Shown in pieces: positions 12,301 through 25,775 of a stretch of 64,000 nt of DNA (its first letter is position 1; each line of letters starts with the position of its first letter). Under the pieces are notes generated by a model. The model did no database searches, was not told where the DNA came from, and saw only the letters and a list, made by a program, of their open reading frames with translations. The stretch is from Octopus sinensis (lineage: Eukaryota). The stretch spans positions 10,974,001 through 11,038,000 of the forward strand of contig NC_043021.1 of assembly GCF_006345805.1 (NCBI RefSeq), read 5' to 3'. The translations under genes were made by a program, and so were the position numbers.

Positions 12301-15300
12301 GGTTCGGTCCCACTGCGGGACAACTTTGGCCAGGTGTCTTCTACTATAGCCGTGGGGCCGACCAAAGCACTGTGGGTGAATTTGATAGATGGAAGCTGAA
12401 TGAAAGTGGACGCCCTTGTTTTTGAACGATGTGGCTGTGTGGTAAGAAGCTTCTTTCCCGATCACATGGTTCCAGGTTCGGTCCCATTGCGGGACAACTT
12501 TGGCCAGGTGTCTTCTACTATAGCCGTGGGGCCGACCAAAGCACTGTGGGTGAATGTGATAGATGGAAGCTGAAAGAAAATTGACGCCATTGTTTTTGAA
12601 TGATGTGGCTGTGTGGTAAGATGCTTCTTTCCCGATCACATGGTTCTGGGTTCGGTCCCATTGCGGGACAACTTTGGCCAGGTGTCTTCTACTATAGCCG
12701 TGGGGCCGACCAAAGCACTGTGGGTGAATTTGATAGATGGAAGCTGAAAGAAAATTGACGCCCTTGTTTTTGAACGATGTGGCTGTGTGGTAAGAAGCCT
12801 GCTTCCTGATCACATGGTTCCGGGTTCGGTCCCATTGCGGGACAACTTTGGCCAGGTGTCTTCTACTATAGCCGTGGGGCCGACCAAAGCACTGTGGGTG
12901 AATTTGATAGATGGAAGCTGAAAGAAAATTGACGCCATTGTTTTTGAACGATGTGGCTGTGTGGTAAGAAGCTTCTTTCCCGATCACATGGTTCTGGGTT
13001 CGGTCCCATTGCGGGACAACTTTGGCCAGGTGTCTTCTACTATAGCCGTGGGGCCGACCAAAGCACTGTGGGTGAATTTGATAGATGGAAGCTGAATGAA
13101 AGTGGACGCCCTTGTTTTTGAATGATGTGGCTGTGTGGTAAGAAGCTTCTTTCCCGATCACATGGTTCCGGGTTCGGTCCCATTGCGGGACAACTTTGGC
13201 CAGGTGTCTTCTACTATAGCCGTGGGGCCGACCAAAGCACTGTGGGTGAATTTGATAGATGGAAGCTGAAAGAAAATTGACGCCATTGTTTCTGAACGAT
13301 GTGGCTGTGTGGTAAGAAGCTTCTTTCCCGATCACATGGTTCCGGGTTCGGTCCCATTGCGGGACAACTTTGGCCAGGTGTCTTCTACTATAGCCGTGGG
13401 GCCGACCAAAGCACTGTGGGTGAATTTGATAGATGGAAGCTGAAAGAAAATTGACGCCATTGTTTTTGAACGATGTGGCTGTGTGGTAAGAAGCTTCTTT
13501 CCCGATCACATGGTTCTGGGTTCGGTCCCATTGCGGGACAACTTTGGCCAGGTGTCTTCTACTATAGCCGTGGGGCCGACCAAGCACTGTGGGTGAATTT
13601 GATAGATGGAAGCTGAAAGAAAATTGACGCCATTGTTTTTGAACGATGTGGCTGTGTGGTAAGAAGCTTCTTTCCCGATCACATGGTTCTGGGTTCGGTC
13701 CCATTGCGGGACAACTTTGGCCAGGTGTCTTCTACTATAGCCGTGGGGCCGACCAAAGCACTGTGGGTGAATTTGATAGATGGAAGCTGAATGAAAGTGG
13801 ACGCCCTTGTTTTTGAACGATGTGGCTGTGTGGTAAGAAGCTTCTTTCCGATCACATGGTTCCGGGTTCGGTCCCATTGCGGGACAACTTTGGCCAGGTG
13901 TCTTCTACTATAGCCGTGGGGCCGACCAAAGCACTGTGGGTGAATTTGATAGATGGAAGCTGAAAGAAAATTGACGCCATTGTTTTTGAACGATGTGGCT
14001 GTGTGGTAAGAAGCTTCTTTCCCGATCACATGGTTCTGGGTTCGGTCCCATTGCGGGACAACTTTGGCCAGGTGTCTTCTACTATAGCCGTGGGGCCGAC
14101 CAAAGCACTGTGGGTGAATTGATAGATGGAAGCTGAATGAAAGTGGACGCCCTTGTTTTTGAACGATATGGCTGTGTGGTAAGAAGCCTGCTTCCTGATC
14201 ACATGGTTCTGGGTTCGGTCCCATTGCGGGACAACATTGGCCAGGTGTCTTCTACTATAGCCGTGGGGCCGACCAAAGCACTGTGGGTGAATTTGATAGA
14301 TGGAAGCTGAATGAAAGTGGACGCCCTTGTTTTTGAACGATGTGGCTGTGTGGTAAGAAGCTTCTTTCCCGATCACATGGTTCTGGGTTCGGTCCCATTG
14401 CGGGACAACTTTGGCAAGGTTTCTTCTACTATAGCCGTGGGGCCGACCAAAGCACTGTGGGTGAATTTGATAGATGGAAGCTGAAAGAAAATTGACGCCA
14501 TTGTTTTTGTACGATGTGGCTGTGTGGTAAGAAGCTTCTTTCCCGATCACATGGTTCTGGGTTCGGTCCCATTGCGGGACAACTTTCGCCAGGTGTCTTC
14601 TACTATAGCCGTGGGCCGACCAAAGCACTGTGGGTGAATTTGATAGATGGAAGCTGAATGAAAGTGGACGCCATTGTTTTTGAACGATGTGGCTGTGTGG
14701 TAAGAAGCTTCTTTCCCGATCACATGGTTCTGGGTTCGGTCCCATTGCGGGACAACTTTGGCCAGGTGTCTTCTACTATAGCCGTGGGGCCGACCAAAGC
14801 ACTGTGGGTGAATTTGATAGATGGAAGCTGAATGAAAGTGGACGCCATTGTTTTTGAACGATGTGGCTGTGTGGTAAGAAGCTTCTTTCCGATCACATGG
14901 TTCTGGGTTCGGTCCCATTGCGGGACAACTTTGGCAAGGTTTCTTCTACTATAGCCGTGGGGCCGACCAAAGCACTGTGGGTGAATTTGATAGATGGAAG
15001 CTGAATGAAAGTGGACGCCAATGTTTTTGAACGATGTGGCTGTGTGGTAAGAAGCTTCTTTCTCGATCACATGGTTCTGGCGGGTTCGGTCCCATTGCGG
15101 GACAACTTTGGCAAGGTTTCTTCTACTATAGCCGTGGGGCCGACCAAAGCACTGTGGGTGAATTTGATAGATGGAAGCTGAATGAAAGTGGACGCCAATG
15201 TTTTTGAACGATGTGGCTGTGTGGTAAGAAGCTTCTTTCTCATCACATGGTTCTGGGTTCGGTCCCATTGCGGGACAACTTTGGCCAGGTGTCTTCTACT

Positions 15301-18300
15301 ATAGCCGTGGGGCCGACCAAAGCACTGTGGGTGAATTTGATAGATGGAAGCTGAATGAAAGTGGACGCCCTTGTTTTTGAACGATGTGGCTGTGTGGTAA
15401 GAAGCCTGCTTCCTGATCACATGGTTCCGGGTTCGGTCCCATTGCGGGACAACTTTGGCCAGGTGTCTTCTACTATAGCCGTGGGGCCGACCAAGGCACT
15501 GTGGGTGAATTTGATAGATGGAAGCTGAATGAAAGTGGACGCCCTTGTTTTTGAACGATGTGGCTGTGTGGTAAGAAGCCTGCTTCCTGATCACATGGTT
15601 CTGGGTTCGGTCCCATTGCGGGACAACTTTGGCAGGTGTCTTCTACTATAGCCGTGGGGCCGACCAAAGCACTGTGGGTGAATTTGATAGATGGAAGCTG
15701 AATGAAAGTGGACGCCCTTGTTTTTGAACGATGTGGCTGTGTGGTAAGAAGCCTGCTTCCTGATCACATGGTTCTGGGTTCGGTCCCATTGCGGGACAAC
15801 TTTGGCAAGGTTTCTTCTACTATAGCCGTGGGGCCGACCAAAGCACTGTGGGTGAATTTGATAGATGGAAGCTGAAAGAAAATTGACGCCATTGTTTCTG
15901 AACGATGTGGCTGTGTGGTAAGAGCTTCTTTCCCGATCACATGGTTCCGGGTTCGGTCCCATTGCGGGACAACTTTGGCCAGGTGTCTTCTACTATAGCC
16001 GTGGGGCCGACCAAAGCACTGTGGGTGAATTTGATAGATGGAAGCTGAAAGAAAATTGACGCCATTGTTTTTGAACGATGTGGCTGTGTGGTAAGAAGCT
16101 TCTTTCCCGATCACATGGTTCTGGGTTCGGTCCCATTGCGGGACAACTTTGGCCAGGTGTCTTCTACTATAGCCGTGGGGCCGACCAAAGCACTGTGGGT
16201 GAATTTGATAGATGGAAGCTGAAAGAAAATTGACGCCATTGTTTTTGAACGATGTGGCTGTGTGGTAAGAAGCTTCTTTCCCGATCACATGGTTCTGGGT
16301 TCGGTCCCATTGCGGGACAACTTTGGCCAGGTGTCTTCTACTATAGCCGTGGGGCCGACCAAAGCACTGTGGGTGAATTTGATAGATGGAAGCTGAATGA
16401 AAGTGGACGCCCTTGTTTTTGAACGATGTGGCTGTGTGGTAAGAAGCTTCTTTCCCGATCACATGGTTCCGGGTTCGGTCCCATTGCGGGACAACTTTGG
16501 CCAGGTGTCTTCTACTATAGCCGTGGGGCCGACCAAAGCACTGTGGGTGAATTTGATAGATGGAAGCTGAAAGAAAATTGACGCCATTGTTTTTGAACGA
16601 TGTGGCTGTGTGGTAAGAAGCTTTTCCCGATCACATGGTTCCGGGTTCGGTCCCATTGCGGGACAACTTTGGCCAGGTGTCTTCTACTATAGCCGTGGGG
16701 CCGACCAAAGCACTGTGGGTGAATTTGATAGATGGAAGCTGAATGAAAGTGGACGCCCTTGTTTTTGAACGATATGGCTGTGTGGTAAGAAGCCTGCTTC
16801 CTGATCACATGGTTCTGGGTTCGGTCCCATTGCGGGACAACTTTGGCCAGGTGTCTTCTACTATAGCCGTGGGGCCGACCAAAGCACTGTGGGTGAATTT
16901 GATAGATGGAAGCTGAATGAAAGTGGACGCCCTTGTTTTTGAACGATGTGGCTGTGTGGTAAGAAGCTTCTTCCCGATCACATGGTTCTGGGTTCGGTCC
17001 CATTGCGGGACAACTTTGGCAAGGTTTCTTCTACTATAGCCGTGGGGCCGACCAAAGCACTGTGGGTGAATTTGATAGATGGAAGCTGAAAAAAAGACGC
17101 CATTGTTTTTGTACGATGTGGCTGTGTGGTAAGAAGCTTCTTTCCCGATCACATGGTTCTGGGTTCGGTCCCATTGCGGGACAACTTTGGCCAGGTGTCT
17201 TCTACTATAGCCGTGGGGCCGACCAAAGCACTGTGGGTGAATTTGATAGATGGAAGCTGAATGAAAGTGGACGCCATTGTTTTTGAACGATGTGGCTGTG
17301 TGGTAAGAAGCTTCTTTCCCGATCACATGGTTCTGGGTTCGGTCCCATTGCGGGACAACTTTGGCCAGGTGTCTTCTACTATAGCCGTGGGGCCGACCAA
17401 AGCACTGTGGGTGAATTTGATAGATGGAAGCTGAATGAAAGTGGACGCCATTGTTTTTGAACGATGTGGCTGTGTGGTAAGAAGCTTCTTTCCCGATCAC
17501 ATGGTTCTGGGTTCGGTCCCATTGCGGGACAACTTTGCAAGGTTTCTTCTACTATAGCCGTGGGGCCGACCAAAGCACTGTGGGTGAATTTGATAGATGG
17601 AAGCTGAATGAAAGTGGACGCCAATGTTTTTGAACGATGTGGCTGTGTGGTAAGAAGCTTCTTTCTCAATCACATGGTTCTGGGTTCGGTCCCATTGCGG
17701 GACAACTTTGGCCAGGTGTCTCTACTATAGCCGTGGGGCCGACCAAAGCACTGTGGGTGAATTTGATAGATGGAAGCTGAATGAAAGTGGACGCCCTTGT
17801 TTTTGAACGATGTGGCTGTGTGGTAAGAAGCCTGCTTCCTGATCACATGGTTCCGGGTTCGGTCCCATTGCGGGACAACTTTGGCCAGGTGTCTTCTACT
17901 ATAGCCGTGGGGCCGACCAAGGCACTGTGGGTGAATTTGATAGATGGAAGCTGAATGAAAGTGGACGCCCTTGTTTTTGAACGATGTGGCTGTGTGGTAA
18001 GAAGCCTGCTTCCTGATCACATGGTTCTGGGTTCGGTCCCATTGCGGGACAACTTTGGCAAGGTGTCTTCTACTATAGCCGTGGGGCCGACCAAAGCACT
18101 GTGGGTGAATTTGATAGATGGAAGCTGAATGAAAGTGGACGCCCTTGTTTTTGAACGATGTGGCTGTGTGGTAAGAAGCCTGCTTCCTGATCACATGGTT
18201 CTGGGTTCGGTCCCATTGCGGGACAACTTTGGCAAGGTTTCTTCTACTATAGCCGTGGGCCGACCAAGCACTGTGGGTGAATTTGATAGATGGAAGCTGA

Positions 18301-21300
18301 AAGAAAATTGACGCCCTTGTTTTTGAACGATGTGGCTGTGTGGTAAGAAGCCTGCTTCCTGATCACATGGTTCGGGTTCGGTCCCATTGCGGGACAACTT
18401 TGGCCAGGTGTCTTCTACTATAGCCGTGGGGCCGACCAAAGCACTGTGGGTGAATTTGATAGATGGAAGCTGAATGAAAGTGGACGCCCTTGTTTTTTGA
18501 ACGATGTGGCTGTGTGGTAAGAAGCCTGCTTCCTGATCACATGGTTCTGGGTTCGGTCCCATTGCGGGACAACTTTGGCAAGGTTTCTTCTACTATAGCC
18601 GTGGGGCCGACCAAAGCACTGTGGGTGAATTTGATAGATGGAAGCTGAAAGAAAATTGACGCCCTTGTTTTTGAACGATGTGGCTGTGTGTGTAAGAAGC
18701 CTGCTTCCTGATCACATGGTTCCGGGTTCGGTCCCATTGCGGGACAACTTTGGCCAGGTGTCTTCTACTATAGCCGTGGGGCCGACCAAAGCACTGTGGT
18801 GAATTTGATAGATGGAGCTGAATGAAAGTGGACGCCCTTGTTTTTGAACGATGTGGCTGTGTGGTAAGAAGCCTGCTTCCTGATCACATGGTTCTGGGTC
18901 GGTCCCACTGCGGGACAACTTTGGCCAGGTGTCTTCTACTATAGCCGTGGGGCCGACCAAAGCACTGTGGGTGAATTTGATAGATGGAAGCTGAATGAAA
19001 GTGGACGCCCTTGTTTTTGAACGATGTGGCTGTGTGGTAAGAAGCCTGCTTCCTGATCACATGGTTCTGGGTCGGTCCCATTGCGGGACAACTTTGGCCA
19101 GGTGTCTTCTACTATAGCCGTGGGGCCGACCAAAGCACTGTGGGTGAATTTGATAGATGGAAGCTGAATGAAAGTGGACGCCTTGTTTTTGAACGATGTG
19201 GCTGTGTGGTAAGAAGCTTCTTTCCCGATCACATGGTTCTGGGTTCGGTCCCATTGCGGGACAACTTTGGCAAGGTTTCTTCTACTATAGCCGTGGGGCC
19301 GACCAAAGCACTGTGGGTGAATTTGATAGATGGAAGCTGAAAGAAAATTGACGCCATTGTTTTTGTACGATGTGGCTGTGTGGTAAGAAGCTTCTTTCCC
19401 GATCACATGGTTCTGGGTTCGGTCCCATTGCGGGACAACTTTGGCCAGGTGTCTTCTACTATAGCCGTGGGGCCGACCAAAGCACTGTGGGTGAATTTGA
19501 TAGATGGAAGCTGAATGAAAGTGGACGCCATTGTTTTTGAACGATGTGGCTGTGTGGTAAGAAGCTTCTTTCCCGATCACATGGTTTGGGTTCGGTCCCA
19601 TTGCGGGACAACTTTGGCCAGGTGTCTTCTACTATAGCCGTGGGGCCGACCAACACTGTGGGTGAATTTGATAGATGGAAGCTGAATGAAAGTGGACGCC
19701 ATTGTTTTTGAACGATGTGGCTGTGTGGTAAGAAGCTTCTTCCCGATCACATGGTTCTGGGTTCGGTCCCATTGCGGGACAACTTTGGCAAGGTTTCTTC
19801 TACTATAGCCGTGGGGCCGACCAAAGCATTGTGGGTGAATTGATAGATGGAAGCTGAATGAAAGTGGACGCCAATGTTTTTGAACGATGTGGCTGTGTGG
19901 TAAGAAGCTTCTTCCCATCACATGGTTCTGGGTTCGGTCCCATTGCGGGACAACTTTGGCCAGGTGTCTTCTACTATAGCCGTGGGGCCGACCAAAGCAC
20001 TGTGGGTGAATTTGATAGATGGAAGCTGAATGAAAGTGGACGCCCTTGTTTTTGAACGATGTGGCTGTGTGGTAAGAAGCCTGCTTCCTGATCACATGGT
20101 TCCGGGTTCGGTCCCATTGCGGGACAACTTTGGCCAGGTGTCTTCTACTATAGCCGTGGGGCCGACCAAGCACGTGGGTGAATTTGATAGATGGAAGCTG
20201 AATGAAAGTGGACGCCCTTGTTTTTGAACGATGTGGCTGTGTGGTAAGAAGCCTGCTTCCTGATCACATGGTTCTGGGTTCGGTCCCATTGCGGGACAAC
20301 TTTGGCCAGGTGTCTTCTACTATAGCCGTGGGGCCGACCAAAGCACTGTGGGGGAATTTGATAGATGGAAGCTGAATGAAAGTGGACGCCCTTGTTTTTG
20401 AACGATGTGGCTGTGTGGTAAGAAGCCTGCTTCCTGATCACATGGTTCTGGGTTCGGTCCCATTGCGGGCCAACTTTGGCAAGGTTTCTTCTACTATAGC
20501 CGTGGGCCGACCAAAGCACTGTGGGTGAATTTGATAGATGGAAGCTGAAAGAAAATTGACGCCCTTGTTTTGAACGATGTGGCTGTGTGGTAAGAAGCTG
20601 CTTCCTGATCACATGGTTCCGGGTTCGGTCCCATTGCGGGACAACTTTGGCCAGGTGTCTTCTACTATAGCCGTGGGGCCGACCAAAGCACTGTGGGTGA
20701 ATTTGATAGATGGAAGCTGAATGAAAGTGGACGCCCTTGTTTTTGAACGATGTGGCTGTGTGGTAAGAAGCCTGCTTCCTGATCACATGGTTCCGGGTTC
20801 GGTCCCATTGCGGGACAACTTTGGCCAGGTGTCTTCTACTATAGCCGTGGGGCCGACCAAGGCACTGTGGGTGAATTTGATAGATGGAAGCTGAATGAAA
20901 GTTGACGCCCTTGTTTTTGAACGATGTGGCTGTGTGGTAAGAAGCTGCTTCCGATCACATGGTTCTGGGTTCGGTCCCATTGCGGGACAACTTTGGCCAG
21001 GTGTCTTCTACTATAGCCGTGGGGCCGACCAAAGCACTGTGGGTGAATTTGATAGATGGAAGCTGAATGAAAGTGGACGCCCTTGTTTTGAACGATGTGG
21101 CTGTGTGGTAAGAAGCCTGCTTCCTGATCACATGGTTCTGGGTTCGGTCCCATTGCGGGACAACTTGGCAAGGTTCTTCTTCTACTATAGCGTGGGGCCG
21201 ACCAAAGCACTGTGGGTGAATTGATAGATGGAAGCTGAAAGAAAATTGACGCCCTTGTTTTGAACGATGTGGCTGTGTGGTAAGAAGCCTGCTTCCTGAT

Positions 21301-24300
21301 CACATGGTTCCGGGTTCGGTCCCATTGCGGGACAACTTTGGCCAGGTGTCTTCTACTATAGCCGTGGGGCCGACCAAAGCACTGTGGGTGAATTTGATAG
21401 ATGGAAGCTGAAAGGTGGACGCCCTTGTTTTTGAACGATGTGGCTGTGTGGTAAGAAGCCTGCTTCCTGATCACATGGTTCTGGGTTCGGTCCCACTGCG
21501 GGACAACTTTGGCCAGGTGTCTTCTACTATAGCCGTGGGCCGACCAAAGCACTGTGGGTGAATTTGATAGATGGAAGCTGAATGAAAGTGGACGCCCTTG
21601 TTTTTGAACGATGTGGCTGTGTGGTAAGAAGCCTGCTTCCTGATCACATGGTTCTGGGTTCGGTCCCATTGCGGGACAACTTTGGCCAGGTGTCTTCTAC
21701 TATAGCCGTGGGGCCGACCAAAGCACTGTGGGTGAATTTGATAGATGGAAGCTGAAAGAAAATTGACGCCCTTGTTTTTGAACTATGTGGCTGTGTGGTA
21801 AGAAGCTTCTTTCCCGATCACATGGTTCCGGGTTCAATCCCATTGCGGGACAACTTTGGCCAGGTGTCTTCTACTATAGCCGTGGGGCCGACCAAAGCAC
21901 TGTGGGTGAATTTGATAGATGGAAGCTGAAAGAAAATTGACGCCATTGTTTTTGAACGATGTGGCTGTGTGGTAAGAAGCTTCTTTCCCGATCACATGGT
22001 TCTGGGTTCGGTCCCATTGCGGGACAACTTTGGCCAGGTGTCTTCTACTATAGGCGTGGGGCCGACCAAAGCACTGTGGGTGAATTTGATAGATGGAAGC
22101 TGAATGAAAGTGGACGCCCTTCTTTTTGAACGATGTGGCTGTGTGGTAAGAAGCTTCTTTCCCGATCACATGGTTCCAGGTTCGGTCCCATTGCGGGACA
22201 ACTTTGGCCAGGTGTCTTCTACTATAGCCGTGGGGCCGACCAAAGCATTGTGGGTGAATGTGATAGATGGAAGCTGAAAGAAAATTCACGCCATTGTTTT
22301 TGAATGATGTGGCTGTGGGTAAGAAGCTTCTTTCCCGATCACATGGTTTGGGTTCGGTCCCATTGCGGGACAACTTTGGCCAGGTGTCTCTACTATAGCC
22401 GTGGGGCCGACCCAAGCACTGTGGGTGAACTTGATAGATGGAAGCTGAATGAAAGTGGACGCCCTTGTTTTTGAACGATGTGGCTGTGTGGTAAGAAGCC
22501 TGCTTCCTGATCACATGGTTCTGGGTTCGGTCCCATTGCAGGACAACTTTGGCCAGGTGTCTTCTACTATAGCCGTGGGGCCGACCAAAGCACTGTGGGT
22601 GAATTTGATAGATGGAAGCTGAATGAAAGTGGACGCCCTTGTTTTTGAACGATGTGGCTGTGTGGTAAGAAGCTTCTTTCCCGATCACATGGTTCTGGGT
22701 TCGGTCCATTGCGGGACAACTTTGGCAAGGTTTCTTCTACTATAGCCGTGGGGCCGACACCAAAGCACTGTGGGTGAATTTGATAGATGGAAGCTGAAAG
22801 AAAATTGACGCCATTGTTTTTGAACGATGTGGCTGTGTGGTAAGAAGCTTCTTTCCCGATCACATGGTTCTGGGTTCGGTCCCATTGCGGGACAACTTTG
22901 GCCAGGTGTCTTCTACTATAGCCGTGGGGCCGACCAAAGCACTGTGGGTGAATTTGATAGATGGAAGCTGAATGAAAGTGGACGCCATTGTTTTTGAACG
23001 ATGTGGCTGGTGGTAAGAAGCTTCTTCCCGATCACATGGTTCTGGGTTCGGTCCCATTGCGGGACAACTTTGGCCAGGTGTCTTCTACTATAGCCGTGGG
23101 GCCGACCAAAGCACTGTGGGTGAATTTGATAGATGGAAGCTGAATGAAAGTGGACGCCATTGTTTTTGAACGATGTGGCTGTGTGGTAAGAAGCTTCTTT
23201 CCCGATCACATGGTTCTGGGTTCGGTCCCATTGCGGGACAACTTTGGCAAGGTTTCTTCTACTATAGCCGTGGGGCCGACCAAAGCACTGTGGGTGAATT
23301 GATAGATGGAAGCTGAATGAAAGTGGACGCAATGTTTTTGAACGATGTGGCTGTGTGGTAAGAAGCTTCTTTCCCGATCACATGGTTCTGGGTTCGGTCC
23401 CATTGCGGGACAACTTTGGCCAGGTGTCTTCTACTATAGCCGTGGGGCCGACCAAAGCACTGTGGGTGAATTTGATAGATGGAAGCTGAATGAAAGTGGA
23501 CGCCCTGTTTTTTGAACGATGTGGCTGTGTGGTAAGAAGCCTGCTTCCTGATCACATGGTTCCGGGTTCGGTCCCATTGCGGGACAACTTTGGCCAGGTG
23601 TCTTCTACTATAGCCGTGGGGCCGACCAAAGCACTGTGGGTGAATTTGATAGATGGAAGCTGAATGAAAGTGGACGCCCTTGTTTTTGAACGATGTGGCT
23701 GTGTGGTAAGAAGCTGCTTCCTGATCACATGGTTCTGGGTTCGGTCCCATTGCGGGACAACTTTGGCCAGGTGTCTTCTACTATAGCCGTGGGGCCGACC
23801 AAAGCACTGTGGGTGAATTTGATAGATGGAAGCTGAATGAAAGTGGACGCCCTTGTTTTTGAACGATGTGGCTGTGTGGTAAGAAGCTTCTTTCCTTCCG
23901 ATCACATGGTTCTGGGTTCGGTCCCATTGCGGGACAACTTTGGCAAGGTTTCTTCTACTATAGCCGTGGGGCCGACCAAAGCACTGTGGGTGAATTTGAT
24001 AGATGGAAGCTGAATGAAAGTGGACGCCATGTTTTTGAACGATGTGGCTGTGTGGTAAGAAGCTTCTTCCCGATCACATGGTTCTGGGTTCGGTCCCATT
24101 GCGGGACAACTTTGGCCAGGTTCTTCTACTATAGCCGTGGGGCCGACCAAAGCACTGTGGGTGAATTTGATAGATGGAAGCTGAATGAAAGTGGACGCCC
24201 TTGTTTTTGAACGATGTGGCTGTGTGGTAAGAAGCCTGCTTCCTGATCACATGGTTCCGGTTCGGTCCCATTGCGGGACAACTTTGGCCAGGTGTCTTCT

Positions 24301-25750
24301 ACTATAGCCGTGGGGCCGACCAAAGCACTGTGGGTGAATTTAATGATAGATGGAAGCTGAATGAAAGTGGACGCCCTTGTTTTTGAACGATGTGGCTGTG
24401 TGGTAAGAAGCCTGCTTCCTGATCACATGGTTCTGGGTTCGGTCCCATTGCGGGACAACTTTGGCCAGGTGTCTCTACTATAGCCGTGGGGCCGACCAAA
24501 GCACTGTGGGTGAATTTGATAGATGGAAGCTGAATGAAAGTGGACGCCCTTGTTTTTGAACGATGTGGCTGTGTGGTAAGAAGCCTGCTTCCTGATCACA
24601 TGGTTCTGGGTTCGGTCCCATTGCGGGACAACTTTGGCAAGGTTTCTTCTACTATAGCCGTGGGGCCGACCAAAGCACTGTGGGTGAATTTGATAGATGG
24701 AAGCTGAAAGAAAATTGACGCCCTTGTTTTTGAACGATGTGGCTGTGTGGTAAGAAGCCTGCTTCCTGATCACATGGTTCTGGGTTCGGTCCCATTGCGG
24801 GACAACTTTGGCCAGGTGTCTTCTACTATAGCCGTGGGGCCGACCAAAGCACTGTGGGTGAATTTGATAGATGGAAGCTGAATGAAAGTGGACGCCCTTG
24901 TTTTTGAACGATGTGGCTGTGTGGTAAGAAGCCTGCTTCCTGATCACATGGTTCTGGGTTCGGTCCCATTGCGGGACAACTTTGGCCAGGTGTCTTCTAC
25001 TATAGCCGTGGGGCCGACCAAAGCACTGTGGGTGAATTTGATAGATGGAAGCTGAAGAAAATTGACGCCCTGTTTTTTGTGATGTGGCTGTGTGGTAAGA
25101 AGCCTGCTTCCTGATCACATGGTTCCGGGTTCGGTCCCATTGCGGGACAACTTTGGCCAGGTGTCTTCTACTATAGCCGTGGGGCCGACCAAAGCACTGT
25201 GGGTGAATTTGATAGATGGAAGCTGAAAGAAAATTGACGCCCTTGTTTTTGAACGATGTGGCTGTGTGGTAAGAAGCCTGCTTCCTGATCACATGGTTCC
25301 GGGTTCGGTCCCATTGCGGGACAACTTTGGCAAGGTTTCTTCTACTATAGCCGTGGGGCCGACCAAAGCACTGTGGGTGAATTTGATAGATGGAAGCTGA
25401 AAGAAAATTGACGCCATTGTTTTTGAACGATGTGGCTGTGTGGTAAGAAGCTTCTTTCCCGATCACATGGTTCCGGGTTCGGTCCCATTGCGGGACAACT
25501 TTGGCAAGGTTTCTTCTACTATAGCCATGGGGCCGACCAAAGCACTGTGGGTGAATTTGATAGATGGAAGCTGAATGAAAGTGGACGCCCTTGTTTTTGA
25601 ATGATGTGGCTGTGTGGTAAGAAGCTTGCTTCCCGACCACATGGTTCCGGGGGCGGTCCCACTGCGTGACACCTTGGGCAGGTGTCTTCTACTATAGCCA
25701 TGGGGCTGACCGAAGCACTGTGGGTGAATTTGATAGATGGAAGCTGAAAA
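3361..25750 (+). repeat. SINE-derived satellite: ~128 tandem copies of a 174-bp unit
   Basis: GATGTGGCTGTGTGGTAAG recurs at 3391, 3565, 3739 ... 25603 (22212 bp / 174 = 127.7); unit = SINE A head and body to GGAAGCTGAA plus a spacer containing TTTTT. Confidence 0.98.
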
Positions 25751-25775
25751 AAGCTCATCATATTTATGTGTGTGT

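Noticed and set aside
3361-25750. CRISPR-like array (repeats with variable spacers)
   Set aside because: Spacers are not unique, only two or three recurring alleles; unit is SINE-derived; no cas genes; eukaryotic context
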